Shown: positions 24,620 through 33,304 of the stretch, piece by piece
Layout of the letters: every line of letters begins with the position of its first letter
Position numbering within the stretch: position 1 is the stretch's first letter
Virus record (IMG/VR): IMGVR_UViG_3300033487_000001
Reading direction: 5' to 3' (one strand)
Length of the DNA: 64,000 bases
Origin: an uncultured virus (IMG/VR IMGVR_UViG_3300033487_000001)
Taxonomy: Duplodnaviria > Heunggongvirae > Uroviricota > Caudoviricetes
The notes under the pieces: model-generated
The model's input: only the letters and a program-made list of their open reading frames with translations
What the model was told of the DNA's origin: nothing
Database searches by the model: none
Made by a program: the position numbers and the translations under genes

Positions 24620-25401
24620 TATCGTGCCTTGCGCCAGCCGTGGCGCTCGGCTCGCGCTCGCTCCCGGGAGTTGAAGTACTTGCGGCGCCCCTTCTTGATC
24701 ATCACCGGATTGTTGCGCCGGCCGCCGCCGCGCGTGGCGAAGTACAGGCCCACACCCGCCGCGGCGACACCCAAGCCGATCAGCACCATCGTCGTCGTCG
24801 ACAGCCCCTGCTGCTGACCGGCGAGGGGGGCGGTGATCTGGTGCAGCGCCGCTGCGTTGGCGGCTTCCGTGGCACGCTCACGGGCCAGCGCCTCGTCGCC
24901 GCGCCGGCGCGCCTCGGCTGCCTCTGCCAGAAGACGCGCCGTGGCGACGCGCGAATCGGCCGCGATCTGCGCGATCTGCACCTGATTGCCAGACTGGATG
25001 GCGGCAGTGATCGCCGCCCCGGTCGACTCGACCGCTCGCGATGCCAAGTTGATGATCGCTTGGTTTTGTGCGGCGATCCGAGCACGCTGGTTGTCCGTGA
25101 GCTGATTGGCAGTCAGACCACGCGTCTCATCGGGCACAGCCGCTGACACGCCCGCAGACCGGGCGATCTCCGCGAAGTCGCTGTCGCTGAGCGTCGACCC
25201 GCTGTTGGACGATCCGCTACCGCCAAACAACGCGTTGTTCTGCGCGACGGCGTCGTCGTACCAGTCTCCGGCCGGCTTGTATCGCGCCAAAGACACGGAC
25301 CGACCATACGCGTTCGTAGCCAGCGACACGCGCCCCAGCCCCGCGGCCTCCACCAAAGGATTGTCACGCTTCAGCACGATCATTTTTGGGAACCTCTCCA
25401 T
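24619..25401 (-). CDS. Ala/Gln-rich helical membrane protein (pilot-like)
   Basis: QIAQIAA helix, TM MVLIGLGVAAAGVGLYF, RRNNP and basic tail. Confidence 0.7.
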   Translation of the reverse strand: MERFPKMIVLKRDNPLVEAAGLGRVSLATNAYGRSVSLARYKPAGDWYDDAVAQNNALFGGSGSSNSGSTLSDSDFAEIARSAGVSAAVPDETRGLTANQLTDNQRARIAAQNQAIINLASRAVESTGAAITAAIQSGNQVQIAQIAADSRVATARLLAEAAEARRRGDEALARERATEAANAAALHQITAPLAGQQQGLSTTTMVLIGLGVAAAGVGLYFATRGGGRRNNPVMIKKGRRKYFNSRERARAERHGWRKAR

Positions 25402-27089
25402 ACAAAATAGCCGAGAACCGCTGCGAGAGCGAGCGGAAGAATGGCGTTTGAAGCTGCGCCGGAGCCGCGATTATCCATACGACGAGTCTGCACGGACGAA
25501 CTGTCGATACCAAGGTCGAGCACGCTTGGGGAAGCGTCTTCGACGTACTCCACGGCGCCGGGTCCAAACGACAGCTCTGCCGGCGACGTGCCCACCCCAC
25601 GCATCGTCGGCCGACTCCAACCAGGAGGCGCGGCGATCGCAATCGTGGGGGGCGTCTCCATCCCAGATCTGATACTACCCGCCAGAGCGGCGCGTTGAAT
25701 CTGTGGCTTGAACATACCAAGATCATCTCGCTTGCGCGTCGCCGCCGGCAGGTGATCAATCGCTTGATTGACGACCCGGCCCACGGCCGCAGCGGCACCG
25801 ATCACCAAACCCGCGACCGCCCCCCATGGCCCGGCGGTCGACACCAGCGTGGCCACGCCGGTCATCGCCGTGAAAACCACGTTCGCGTTGGCGTCCGGGG
25901 TGTGCAGATCACGCGCGAGAGTCTCATCCAGCGCCATGGCGTCGTTGATGAAGCTGTAGTTCAGCCGCACCGCCTGCCCGTTCATGACCGTCGTGTACAT
26001 CTTGCAGGCGACGACGATCTGGACCGGATCGCGCACCGACATCGCGTGGGCCCAGTGGCGGGCCCAGAGCAGATACTCGCGCAGCGGACAGCAGACGCGG
26101 AGCGGCGCCCCGACCAGCGACTCGTCGTACGCGGCGTAGCGCCAGTCGAACGCGTACGCGTCGAACGTCGCGCGCACTCCCTCAGGCGTCAGGCGCACGC
26201 CGTTCGGCGGCCACGGCAGATGTCCGTACGCGATCCCGCCGAACTGCACCGCGTGGTAGAAGCGCATCGCCACGGCGTTGTTGCCGAGGACGTTCGGATT
26301 CTGCAGCGAGACGCGCGGGAGCGACGGGTCCTCATCGTTGGAGTCGACCCGAACGTACGAGTACGACCCGCCGGGCACGCCCATCGTGTACGCGCGGTTT
26401 CGGATGCTTTCCCGGCCGTCGATCGGCTCGGACAGCTCGCGCGGATCTTCCACGTACCCGTCGATCGCGTCGAGGTACAGCCCTGCCAGCTGCACGAACT
26501 GCGACGGGTTCCTGGCGTTGGCGCCGGCGAACCGGTTGAACGTCGCGCGCGCGCTCCAGACCAGCGACCCGTACGGCGCCGAGTTCGGGTCGCGCGCCAG
26601 CGCCGCGTCGGTCGGCATCTGGGCCCACGGATAGACGTTGCTGTACCAGCCGAACTTGTACGCGACGTCCTTCTGGAACTGGGCGACCGCCATCTGGTCG
26701 ACGTTGTCGCCGCTCGGCGGCCCCGACACGAACGTACGGTACAGCGCGCGCGCCGCCGGGTCCGTGTACCACGGACAGTTGAGCGCGTTGTACGCCTGCG
26801 CGATCGCGTTGAAACAACGGTACACGTAGTCGGCCTGAGCCGCCCCGGTGTCGTGCGTGATCGATCCTGTCGGTACGTCCAGCGCCGCGATCGCCGCGTC
26901 GTCGGTGGTCAGCCGCACGGCCTCTTCGATCCACGCCGCAGCCAAGCGCGCGTCGTAGTAGGCCGGCATAAACATGTGCTGGTACGTGACCATCTCGCCG
27001 TCTGGGACTGCCAGCCGTCCCGACGCGACATTGATCGTGAACGGCTGGGAGGTACCCCCGGGGGCAAACCTTGCGACGTCGGTGCTCAT
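25380..27089 (-). CDS. Large membrane-anchored virion protein
   Basis: 569 aa; internal hydrophobic hairpin GPWGAVAGLVIGAAAAV; C-terminal TM. Confidence 0.8.
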   Translation of the reverse strand: MSTDVARFAPGGTSQPFTINVASGRLAVPDGEMVTYQHMFMPAYYDARLAAAWIEEAVRLTTDDAAIAALDVPTGSITHDTGAAQADYVYRCFNAIAQAYNALNCPWYTDPAARALYRTFVSGPPSGDNVDQMAVAQFQKDVAYKFGWYSNVYPWAQMPTDAALARDPNSAPYGSLVWSARATFNRFAGANARNPSQFVQLAGLYLDAIDGYVEDPRELSEPIDGRESIRNRAYTMGVPGGSYSYVRVDSNDEDPSLPRVSLQNPNVLGNNAVAMRFYHAVQFGGIAYGHLPWPPNGVRLTPEGVRATFDAYAFDWRYAAYDESLVGAPLRVCCPLREYLLWARHWAHAMSVRDPVQIVVACKMYTTVMNGQAVRLNYSFINDAMALDETLARDLHTPDANANVVFTAMTGVATLVSTAGPWGAVAGLVIGAAAAVGRVVNQAIDHLPAATRKRDDLGMFKPQIQRAALAGSIRSGMETPPTIAIAAPPGWSRPTMRGVGTSPAELSFGPGAVEYVEDASPSVLDLGIDSSSVQTRRMDNRGSGAASNAILPLALAAVLGYFVWRGSQK

Positions 27090-27096
27090 CAGACGC

Positions 27097-27900
27097 CTAC
27101 TTCCGCCCGCGGCGCGCGCCGGGTGCTTTGTTCAACGACCGCGTGCTCCACGCGACGAGCCCCACGCCCGCGGCGACGATCAGGAGCGCGCTCCACGGCA
27201 GCTGCGAGCCGGGCCCGCCGGCCCGCTGCAGACCGCTGGCCCTGGCGATGTCGTCGGTCACGTCCTGCGTCTGCGGCGGCGGGATTGGCGCCGGGTCGAC
27301 CGCCGGCGCGGCGTCCGGCGCCACGGGGGGCGGCGGCGCATCGGTCGTCACCGACGACATCACCGGATCGTCGTAGTCGAGCAGCTCGCACGTGGCGCCG
27401 GGAAGATCGGTGCCAATTGGTACGGTGCCGGCGTGCAGCCACTCCGGATACACCGTATCGTCCGGCACGTTGATCGCGGAGAGCGGCACGCCGCCGGCAA
27501 TGACGCTGACCGGACTCTGGTGCATCAACCAGATCGCTCCCTTGATCGATCCGATGCCCAGCACAGGCGTCGCGCGTCGCGCGTTGGCGCCGCGCCACCC
27601 GGCCTCGTACGCCACCGCCGTCAACAGCGCCGGATCGGCGTGCAGCCCGCGCAGCGCGATCCAAAGAACGCGCGACGTGACAGGCCCCCACCTGCCGTCG
27701 ATAGCGACCATGTCCCCACCGTAGCGATGACCGTCGAACGACACGCCCGGCGGCGTATCGCCGAGCCGAGACTGCAGCGACTCGACGAACACGAACCCGT
27801 TGACGCGGCATCGGTATGCGATCGCGGTCCCGTCTGACGCGTGGAAACCGATGAGCCAGTTGGCGCCCGCCGGGTCGCCGATGCGGAAGTTGCTGGGCAT
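27097..27900 (-). CDS. C-terminally anchored membrane protein with peptidoglycan-binding-like motif
   Basis: IDGRWGPVT resembles PG_binding_1 DGxxGxxT; Pro-rich stalk; TM + RRGRK. Confidence 0.7.
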   Translation of the reverse strand: MPSNFRIGDPAGANWLIGFHASDGTAIAYRCRVNGFVFVESLQSRLGDTPPGVSFDGHRYGGDMVAIDGRWGPVTSRVLWIALRGLHADPALLTAVAYEAGWRGANARRATPVLGIGSIKGAIWLMHQSPVSVIAGGVPLSAINVPDDTVYPEWLHAGTVPIGTDLPGATCELLDYDDPVMSSVTTDAPPPPVAPDAAPAVDPAPIPPPQTQDVTDDIARASGLQRAGGPGSQLPWSALLIVAAGVGLVAWSTRSLNKAPGARRGRK

Positions 27901-27905
27901 GGTGC

Positions 27906-29030
27906 TTACTTTCTTCGTTTCGCCGGACGTTGCAGCATGAGGATTGCACCCACGGCGAGTGCGCCGATCAGGATCGGCGCAAACGCTGCGGTCTGCGTGG
28001 AGCCTAGCGGGGCCGGCGTGGCGTGATGTGACGGCTCTGCACTGCTCGTTGATATCGTTGGCGTGGTGGGCGCAGGCGACAGGGGAGTCGCGGGCGCCGG
28101 AGCGAGCGATGGTGCGGGCGCGGTGACAGGCGCCAGAGCAGGCGCCGGAGGCGTCGTGGGCGAACCGACCGGCGCCGGCGCAGGACGAGTCGCCGGCGCG
28201 GCCGGAGCCATGGACACGGCCGGTGCGATCGCCGTGGGAGCGAACGAAGACGTCGCTGTCGACGCGTCCGCCAGCGATGTTGCCGGAACATCCTCCACGA
28301 GGTTGCTCGGCGCGCCGTAGCTGAAAGCCACGAGCGGTCTGGCGCCGTCGACCAGCATCGCGATGACTGCGCTAGGCGTCATGCCCACGGCGATCGACTC
28401 TGACAGCTGACGAATGACCGCCATGCAGCCGATCGCGCCCGGCAGCAGATGGATGCCGTTCGGCGGTATACCGGCCACGCCCACGGCCTGCCAGTCAAAC
28501 GGCGGCGTCGATAGCACGACGCCTGACGGCGCGTAGAACTGCACGTCCGGCGAAGACGGATCGAACATCGAGCAGACCTGCGTCGGCGTGTCGCTGCGAA
28601 TGCACGTGGACACGACCCCCGCACCGGTCGTCAGCCACATTCGCACGTGCGCCGTGAAGTACAGCGACGCATCAGAGAACGCGCGCTCCGCCACGTCGCG
28701 TGCGTGTCCCGCCATCCACCCGAAGTCGGTCGCGTGCCCGCCTGACACGATCCCCGCCTCCAGATCCACCCCGGCGCCGTACGCGCGCTGCATCACGGTA
28801 CGGTAGAAACGCACGGTCGGCGGCGAGAGGTTGAGCGCGCGAAACGCGTTGGCCAGCGATCCCATCGCGTCGATCAGCGCCGCGCGCTGGTCGTCTGGCC
28901 AAGACGCTGACAGCGCCGACTCGCGATTGCGAGAGGCTGACATGGACGCGCGTGACGCCCACCGCTGCGCCAGCGACACGTCCGCGTAATGAGAGATTCC
29001 CTGCTCTTGGATCAGCTGGAAGTTAACCAT
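27906..29030 (-). CDS. Membrane-anchored protein with Pro/Ala/Thr stalk
   Basis: PAPA repeats, TM ILIGALAVGAILML + RPAKRRK. Confidence 0.75.
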   Translation of the reverse strand: MVNFQLIQEQGISHYADVSLAQRWASRASMSASRNRESALSASWPDDQRAALIDAMGSLANAFRALNLSPPTVRFYRTVMQRAYGAGVDLEAGIVSGGHATDFGWMAGHARDVAERAFSDASLYFTAHVRMWLTTGAGVVSTCIRSDTPTQVCSMFDPSSPDVQFYAPSGVVLSTPPFDWQAVGVAGIPPNGIHLLPGAIGCMAVIRQLSESIAVGMTPSAVIAMLVDGARPLVAFSYGAPSNLVEDVPATSLADASTATSSFAPTAIAPAVSMAPAAPATRPAPAPVGSPTTPPAPALAPVTAPAPSLAPAPATPLSPAPTTPTISTSSAEPSHHATPAPLGSTQTAAFAPILIGALAVGAILMLQRPAKRRK

Positions 29031-29048
29031 GGTGCCTAGTCACGTTCC

Positions 29049-29612
29049 TCAGAATGCCGAGCACGCGCCGCCTGGTGCGTTTGAATCCAACACGTGCCAC
29101 GCGCCGAGTCGCTCGATGGCTGCATAAGGATACTCCCCAAGGCGCGCGCCACATACCGAGGCGTCGGCCCACAGCCACGATCCTTCCACGAGGATTTGAG
29201 TGACCACGTGATTCAGCGGTCTATCCGGCTGATCAAACCAATACGCACGAGCCGGAATGCCGAGAACTGCGCAGATTGCCATCAGCATCGGCGTCAAGTC
29301 CTCGCAGTCTCCTCCGTGCGAAACTGTCCATGCAACCGGCTGAAACCACGATGGCGGCAACTCGCGAACATATCCGGCTCTCTGGGTTACCTGGAGAGCC
29401 GACGCAGCCAGCTCGCGCTGCGTCGGCGGACCAGACAATCCTTTGTTGATACGCAGTTGAGTGGCTCTTACTCGTGCGAGACGTGCCAGCCTGGAGACGA
29501 TCGGCACGCGCTGCCCACGAGCTGCCAATTCATTGATGACCGCCACGCGCTCGCCAGAATACAGACCATCCCCCAGGTCGAACGGACGATCGTTTGATAT
29601 CGCCGAATTCAC
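29049..29612 (-). CDS. Transglutaminase-like cysteine enzyme (putative protease)
   Basis: GGDCEDL (Cys), NHVV (His), WLWADAS (Asp) triad order. Confidence 0.85.
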   Translation of the reverse strand: MNSAISNDRPFDLGDGLYSGERVAVINELAARGQRVPIVSRLARLARVRATQLRINKGLSGPPTQRELAASALQVTQRAGYVRELPPSWFQPVAWTVSHGGDCEDLTPMLMAICAVLGIPARAYWFDQPDRPLNHVVTQILVEGSWLWADASVCGARLGEYPYAAIERLGAWHVLDSNAPGGACSAF

Positions 29613-29624
29613 ATGACGATTGTA

Positions 29625-31316
29625 TCACGAACCAGTTTGGTCCAGCCCGGCCTCTTCCTGCGCAATGCCATGCGGAGCGGGGTCATCGTTCTCGACCACA
29701 GTTTCCACCTCGTCGATATGATCAGTGTCTGACTGCGCCGGCGCCACCGTGTCCACCTCGTCTGCAGGCACGTCGACAACAGCCTCATATGCGCGCGGCG
29801 CAGGAGCCGGCGGCGGCGGCGTCGTGACGGGAGAGACTCGCGGCGAAGGAGTCTGTGCCCCCCTTGCCGGCGAGCGCTGCACGGACGGCTGTGGCGGCGA
29901 CGCAGGCTGCGGCGCCGGCATCTCGGGCGCGGCATCTGCAGACGGTCCGCCCTGCCCGCTTGTCAGCATCGGAATGATCGACATGATCTGCTGCAGCGCA
30001 TTCGGCCCCAGCTGCTTCAGCAGCCATCCGGGCATTCCCTCCAGCGGCGGGTCGCCAGCCTTCGAGGCTTTCTCCAGCTCCTCTTTCGCCTCGTCGAGCT
30101 CCTCCTCGATGGCCGCCGCGTCCTTCTTCGTGCGCTCAAGATCCTTCTTCAGCATCTCCAGCTCGCGCTTGGTGCGGTCGTGGTCTGCTTCCAGTCCGCG
30201 CTTGGCGTGCTCTCGATCCAGCTTCTCGACGTCCAAGCGTCCGGTCAGCTCGGTCACGCTGCGCTTGTAGCCAAACACCTCGGTCTCAAGCACGGAGATG
30301 CGTTCCTCCGCGTTCTTGCGGTACCGCACAAAATCCTCGTCAGCTCGTATCAGCTCCTTGCGGTGCGCGTCGCTAGTCGCCTCGGACTCACGCTTGTACT
30401 TCGATCGCTGATCGTCCATGTCAGACAGCAGACGGCGTCGCTCGTCGTCCCACTCGCGCTCGCGCTTTTTCATCTGGTCGCGAAGGTCGGAGGAGCGCGC
30501 GTCTGCATCCTTTTCGATCCGCTCCAGATCGCGCTTGGCGTCCCGCTTTGCGTCTTCGAGCGCGTCGCGCGATCGCTTGCGTTCAGCCTCCAGCGCCTCG
30601 GACGAGCGCTCATCAAGCTTGCGCAGCTGCTGCCGCAACTCGGTGATCGTATCGTCGAGGGTCTTGATCTGCGCGGGCGTGTCCTGTCGTGGGTGCAGCA
30701 CACTGGCCATCTCCACGAAGTCTTTGACCGGAGACCGCTCCTCGCCCCGGCGGCTCGACATCACGTCGATCATCTTGTCGCTCTGCTTCTGCATCGCCGT
30801 CAGGGCCGCAGCGGCCACGGTGTCGCTTTGGTTCTGCTGCGGCACCATCGGCCCGTAACCGTGTTGCCACATGGGATTCATCTGACCAAACGCCGGCGGG
30901 ACATGCGGCATCGCCAGCGGCGACGCCACCGGCTCTGCACCGCCATCGTCGTCACCGTCGTCGCTGTTCTTCACCTGCGACCCCACGCGAATCGGGTGGG
31001 CCCCCGGCATCTTGCTGCCCGGCAGCTTGTCCTTGCCCTCCGACACCGCGCGGATCGCCTCGACCCAGTACACGCCGTCATCGTAGTTGTCCGCGATATC
31101 CTGCTCCGTCGTCTTGAACGGCTTCAGCTCGATCGCCTGTTCGCGCTTCGGAATTCGCGAGCGGACTTCGTTCCCGTCCTCGTCCTCTTCGACGAGGAAA
31201 ATGTTGATGTGCCTGATGTGTTCCGCGTAGCAGGTCTCGCCTGGTTTGAGATGCGCCGCGAACAGCGGAGCCGGGGTCAATGTTTCTGCAACTTCGTCGC
31301 GCTTTTCGGCTGTCAT
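29625..31316 (-). CDS. Long coiled-coil protein with Pro-rich linkers
   Basis: ~200 aa E/K/R heptads, acidic tail; start moved to MTAEK. Confidence 0.75.
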   Translation of the reverse strand: MTAEKRDEVAETLTPAPLFAAHLKPGETCYAEHIRHINIFLVEEDEDGNEVRSRIPKREQAIELKPFKTTEQDIADNYDDGVYWVEAIRAVSEGKDKLPGSKMPGAHPIRVGSQVKNSDDGDDDGGAEPVASPLAMPHVPPAFGQMNPMWQHGYGPMVPQQNQSDTVAAAALTAMQKQSDKMIDVMSSRRGEERSPVKDFVEMASVLHPRQDTPAQIKTLDDTITELRQQLRKLDERSSEALEAERKRSRDALEDAKRDAKRDLERIEKDADARSSDLRDQMKKREREWDDERRRLLSDMDDQRSKYKRESEATSDAHRKELIRADEDFVRYRKNAEERISVLETEVFGYKRSVTELTGRLDVEKLDREHAKRGLEADHDRTKRELEMLKKDLERTKKDAAAIEEELDEAKEELEKASKAGDPPLEGMPGWLLKQLGPNALQQIMSIIPMLTSGQGGPSADAAPEMPAPQPASPPQPSVQRSPARGAQTPSPRVSPVTTPPPPAPAPRAYEAVVDVPADEVDTVAPAQSDTDHIDEVETVVENDDPAPHGIAQEEAGLDQTGS

Positions 31317-31371
31317 GCTTAGTGGTATACCTACATGTGACCATGTTTGCAACCACAGGTAGGCGCATCCA

Positions 31372-32313
31372 TTGAATCTCGAAAAAGACGACGCGGAAGT
31401 CACGTATTATTGCAACGCATGCGGCGCCGCCAACGATCGCTGGCGCGAACGCTGCCCAGACTGCCGCGCGTACGCAGGCATGCGGTGCACGCTGAACGCG
31501 TCGGCAGCGCTCGACCATGCCGAGGTCAGCAGATACAAAAGCGTAGACGGCATCAAGCGCAAGCGCCGCACGCGTGTCTCGACGAACATCTTCGGCATGG
31601 ACCGCGTGCTGGGCGGTGACGAGCCGGGCTTCGCGATGCCATCGACCGTGCTGTTCGGCGGCGGCCAAGGCTCCGGCAAGAGCACCCTGGCGCTGCAGGC
31701 CGCGGCCGGCATCGTGGGGCGACGCGTGCTCTACCTGATGAACGAAGAGCCCGAGGACCGCCTGGCGGCGCGAGCCGACCGCTGCGGTCTCACGTCACAC
31801 ACGGGCCACATCATCGCGCACGAGGCCAAAACGCTGACCGAGTCGATGATCGCCGTCCGAGACACGGACCCGAGCGTCGTCGTCGTCGACTCGCTATCCA
31901 TGCTCACCGATCCCGGCGTGGACACGCCGGACGAGCAGGCCAATCGCAAGCGGTACCTGCAGACGTTCTTCGACGACGCCAACGCCAACAACCGCGTCTA
32001 CCTGATGATTTCGCACCTCAACAAGGAGAACGACTTCGCCGGCGCGAGGTACCTGCAGTACCTATGCGACGCGGTGTTCCGCGTGGTGAAGGTGAGCAAG
32101 AAGCCGGCGCGCTGCCTGCTGGAGTGCGTCGAGAAGAACAGGTTCGGGGACCCCAGCGAGCGGGCCATGTTCGAGATCGGCAAGCGCGGGCTCATCGAGA
32201 TCGATATGCCGGAGGACGACGACACGCCGATCGCCGACAAAGGCGCATGGGGAGCGGAGATGGCGGCCGACGACCACGTCTTCGCGGGCGGACCTAAGGC
32301 GCGGAGGCGTTAA
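31372..32313 (+). CDS. radA: RadA/Sms-like ATPase lacking the Lon-like C-terminal domain
   Basis: CxxC...CxxC Zn finger, GGQGSGKST, VVVDS, KNRFG signature; only 313 aa. Confidence 0.85.
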   Translation: MNLEKDDAEVTYYCNACGAANDRWRERCPDCRAYAGMRCTLNASAALDHAEVSRYKSVDGIKRKRRTRVSTNIFGMDRVLGGDEPGFAMPSTVLFGGGQGSGKSTLALQAAAGIVGRRVLYLMNEEPEDRLAARADRCGLTSHTGHIIAHEAKTLTESMIAVRDTDPSVVVVDSLSMLTDPGVDTPDEQANRKRYLQTFFDDANANNRVYLMISHLNKENDFAGARYLQYLCDAVFRVVKVSKKPARCLLECVEKNRFGDPSERAMFEIGKRGLIEIDMPEDDDTPIADKGAWGAEMAADDHVFAGGPKARRR

Positions 32314-32504
32314 GCCACGGCCAGATCGATGCCCAAGTCGTCCCGCAGCTCGCTGAACGCCTCGACCTGCATCGGCCGGCGACCAAACGCCATCTCGACC
32401 ACCTGATCTGGCGTAAGCCCGTGGCGCGCGCTCCAGGCTTCGAGTGAAGACCCGCGCATGCGCAGCTCCGCATCCACCAAACGAACCCTAGCGATCTTGT
32501 CCAT
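32310..32504 (-). CDS. Ner/Nlp-like HTH regulator
   Basis: AELRMRGSSLEAWSARHGL resembles Ner-family helix pattern. Confidence 0.55.
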   Translation of the reverse strand: MDKIARVRLVDAELRMRGSSLEAWSARHGLTPDQVVEMAFGRRPMQVEAFSELRDDLGIDLAVA

Positions 32505-32700
32505 GGCTACCGCTCAACAATACAGCTGACCCGAGATCAACTGACGAACCGGCAGCGGTCAGCGGGCCGCAGACTCGTCGCTACGAACAACACGTGCGTG
32601 CATATACTCGTTATCATATACAAAAAACACAGAATGTCTACTGGTATCGATTATTGCTTGACTGCTTGAACGGGCACGGTGTGTGGGTCATCATGAAAAA

Positions 32701-33264
32701 ATGCGACTCGCGGCCACGCTGCTGATCATCGCCGGCGCCTGCAGCGCGCCTCAGCGGCGCGGTCTCACGCGCGAAGACGCGATGCGAGTAGCGGTCGACA
32801 TGGCTCACTTACCGGCTTGGTACGAGGCGATAGTCGCGGGCGCCGAGCCACTCCGCCAGCACGGAGGAGTCTGGATATCGTTCGTCCCAACGTATGCCGA
32901 GCACGACGTGACTATCCGTCGAGGCTACGCAAACAACTGCGTGTGGGCCGGCATCTACTACGAATACGACCGTACGATCTACCTGGATCCGCGCTGTCTG
33001 CACGGCGCGACGCAGGTGGTCTCGATCTCTGCGCACGAACTGGGGCACGCAGCGGGAGCTATGCACGTATGTCCGAGCGCCAAGCGGACACGCTCGCCTG
33101 GTGAGTGCGTAGGCTCATCATCCACCGCCCTGATGCTGCACAACCTGCCGTACGAAGACGATGGCTGTGATCCAGCGAGCCGCGCATGTATCGACGCGGC
33201 CCTGCAGCGCATCACGTGGACCAGCTGCGATACGGTCGCGCTTCGCAGGCGATTACGACGCTGA
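32701..33264 (+). CDS. Metzincin (matrixin-like) lipoprotein
   Basis: MRLAATLLIIAGA-C lipobox-like signal; HELGHAAGAMH (HExxHxxGxxH); ALM Met-turn. Confidence 0.8.
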   Translation: MRLAATLLIIAGACSAPQRRGLTREDAMRVAVDMAHLPAWYEAIVAGAEPLRQHGGVWISFVPTYAEHDVTIRRGYANNCVWAGIYYEYDRTIYLDPRCLHGATQVVSISAHELGHAAGAMHVCPSAKRTRSPGECVGSSSTALMLHNLPYEDDGCDPASRACIDAALQRITWTSCDTVALRRRLRR

Positions 33265-33304
33265 CCAGCGCGTCCTATAGATCGCCCGGTGGTATCATGA
33301 CTGC

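Noticed and set aside
25695..27473. 592-aa plus-strand ORF and many similar long antisense or alternate-frame ORFs (e.g. 42875-44185, 47256-48497, 48578-49792)
   Set aside because: Arg/His/Val-rich shadow frames of real genes in high-GC DNA with no motifs.
31372..32313. radA as a host gene marking a prophage boundary
   Set aside because: Virus-like genes continue on both sides and the protein is truncated relative to cellular RadA.
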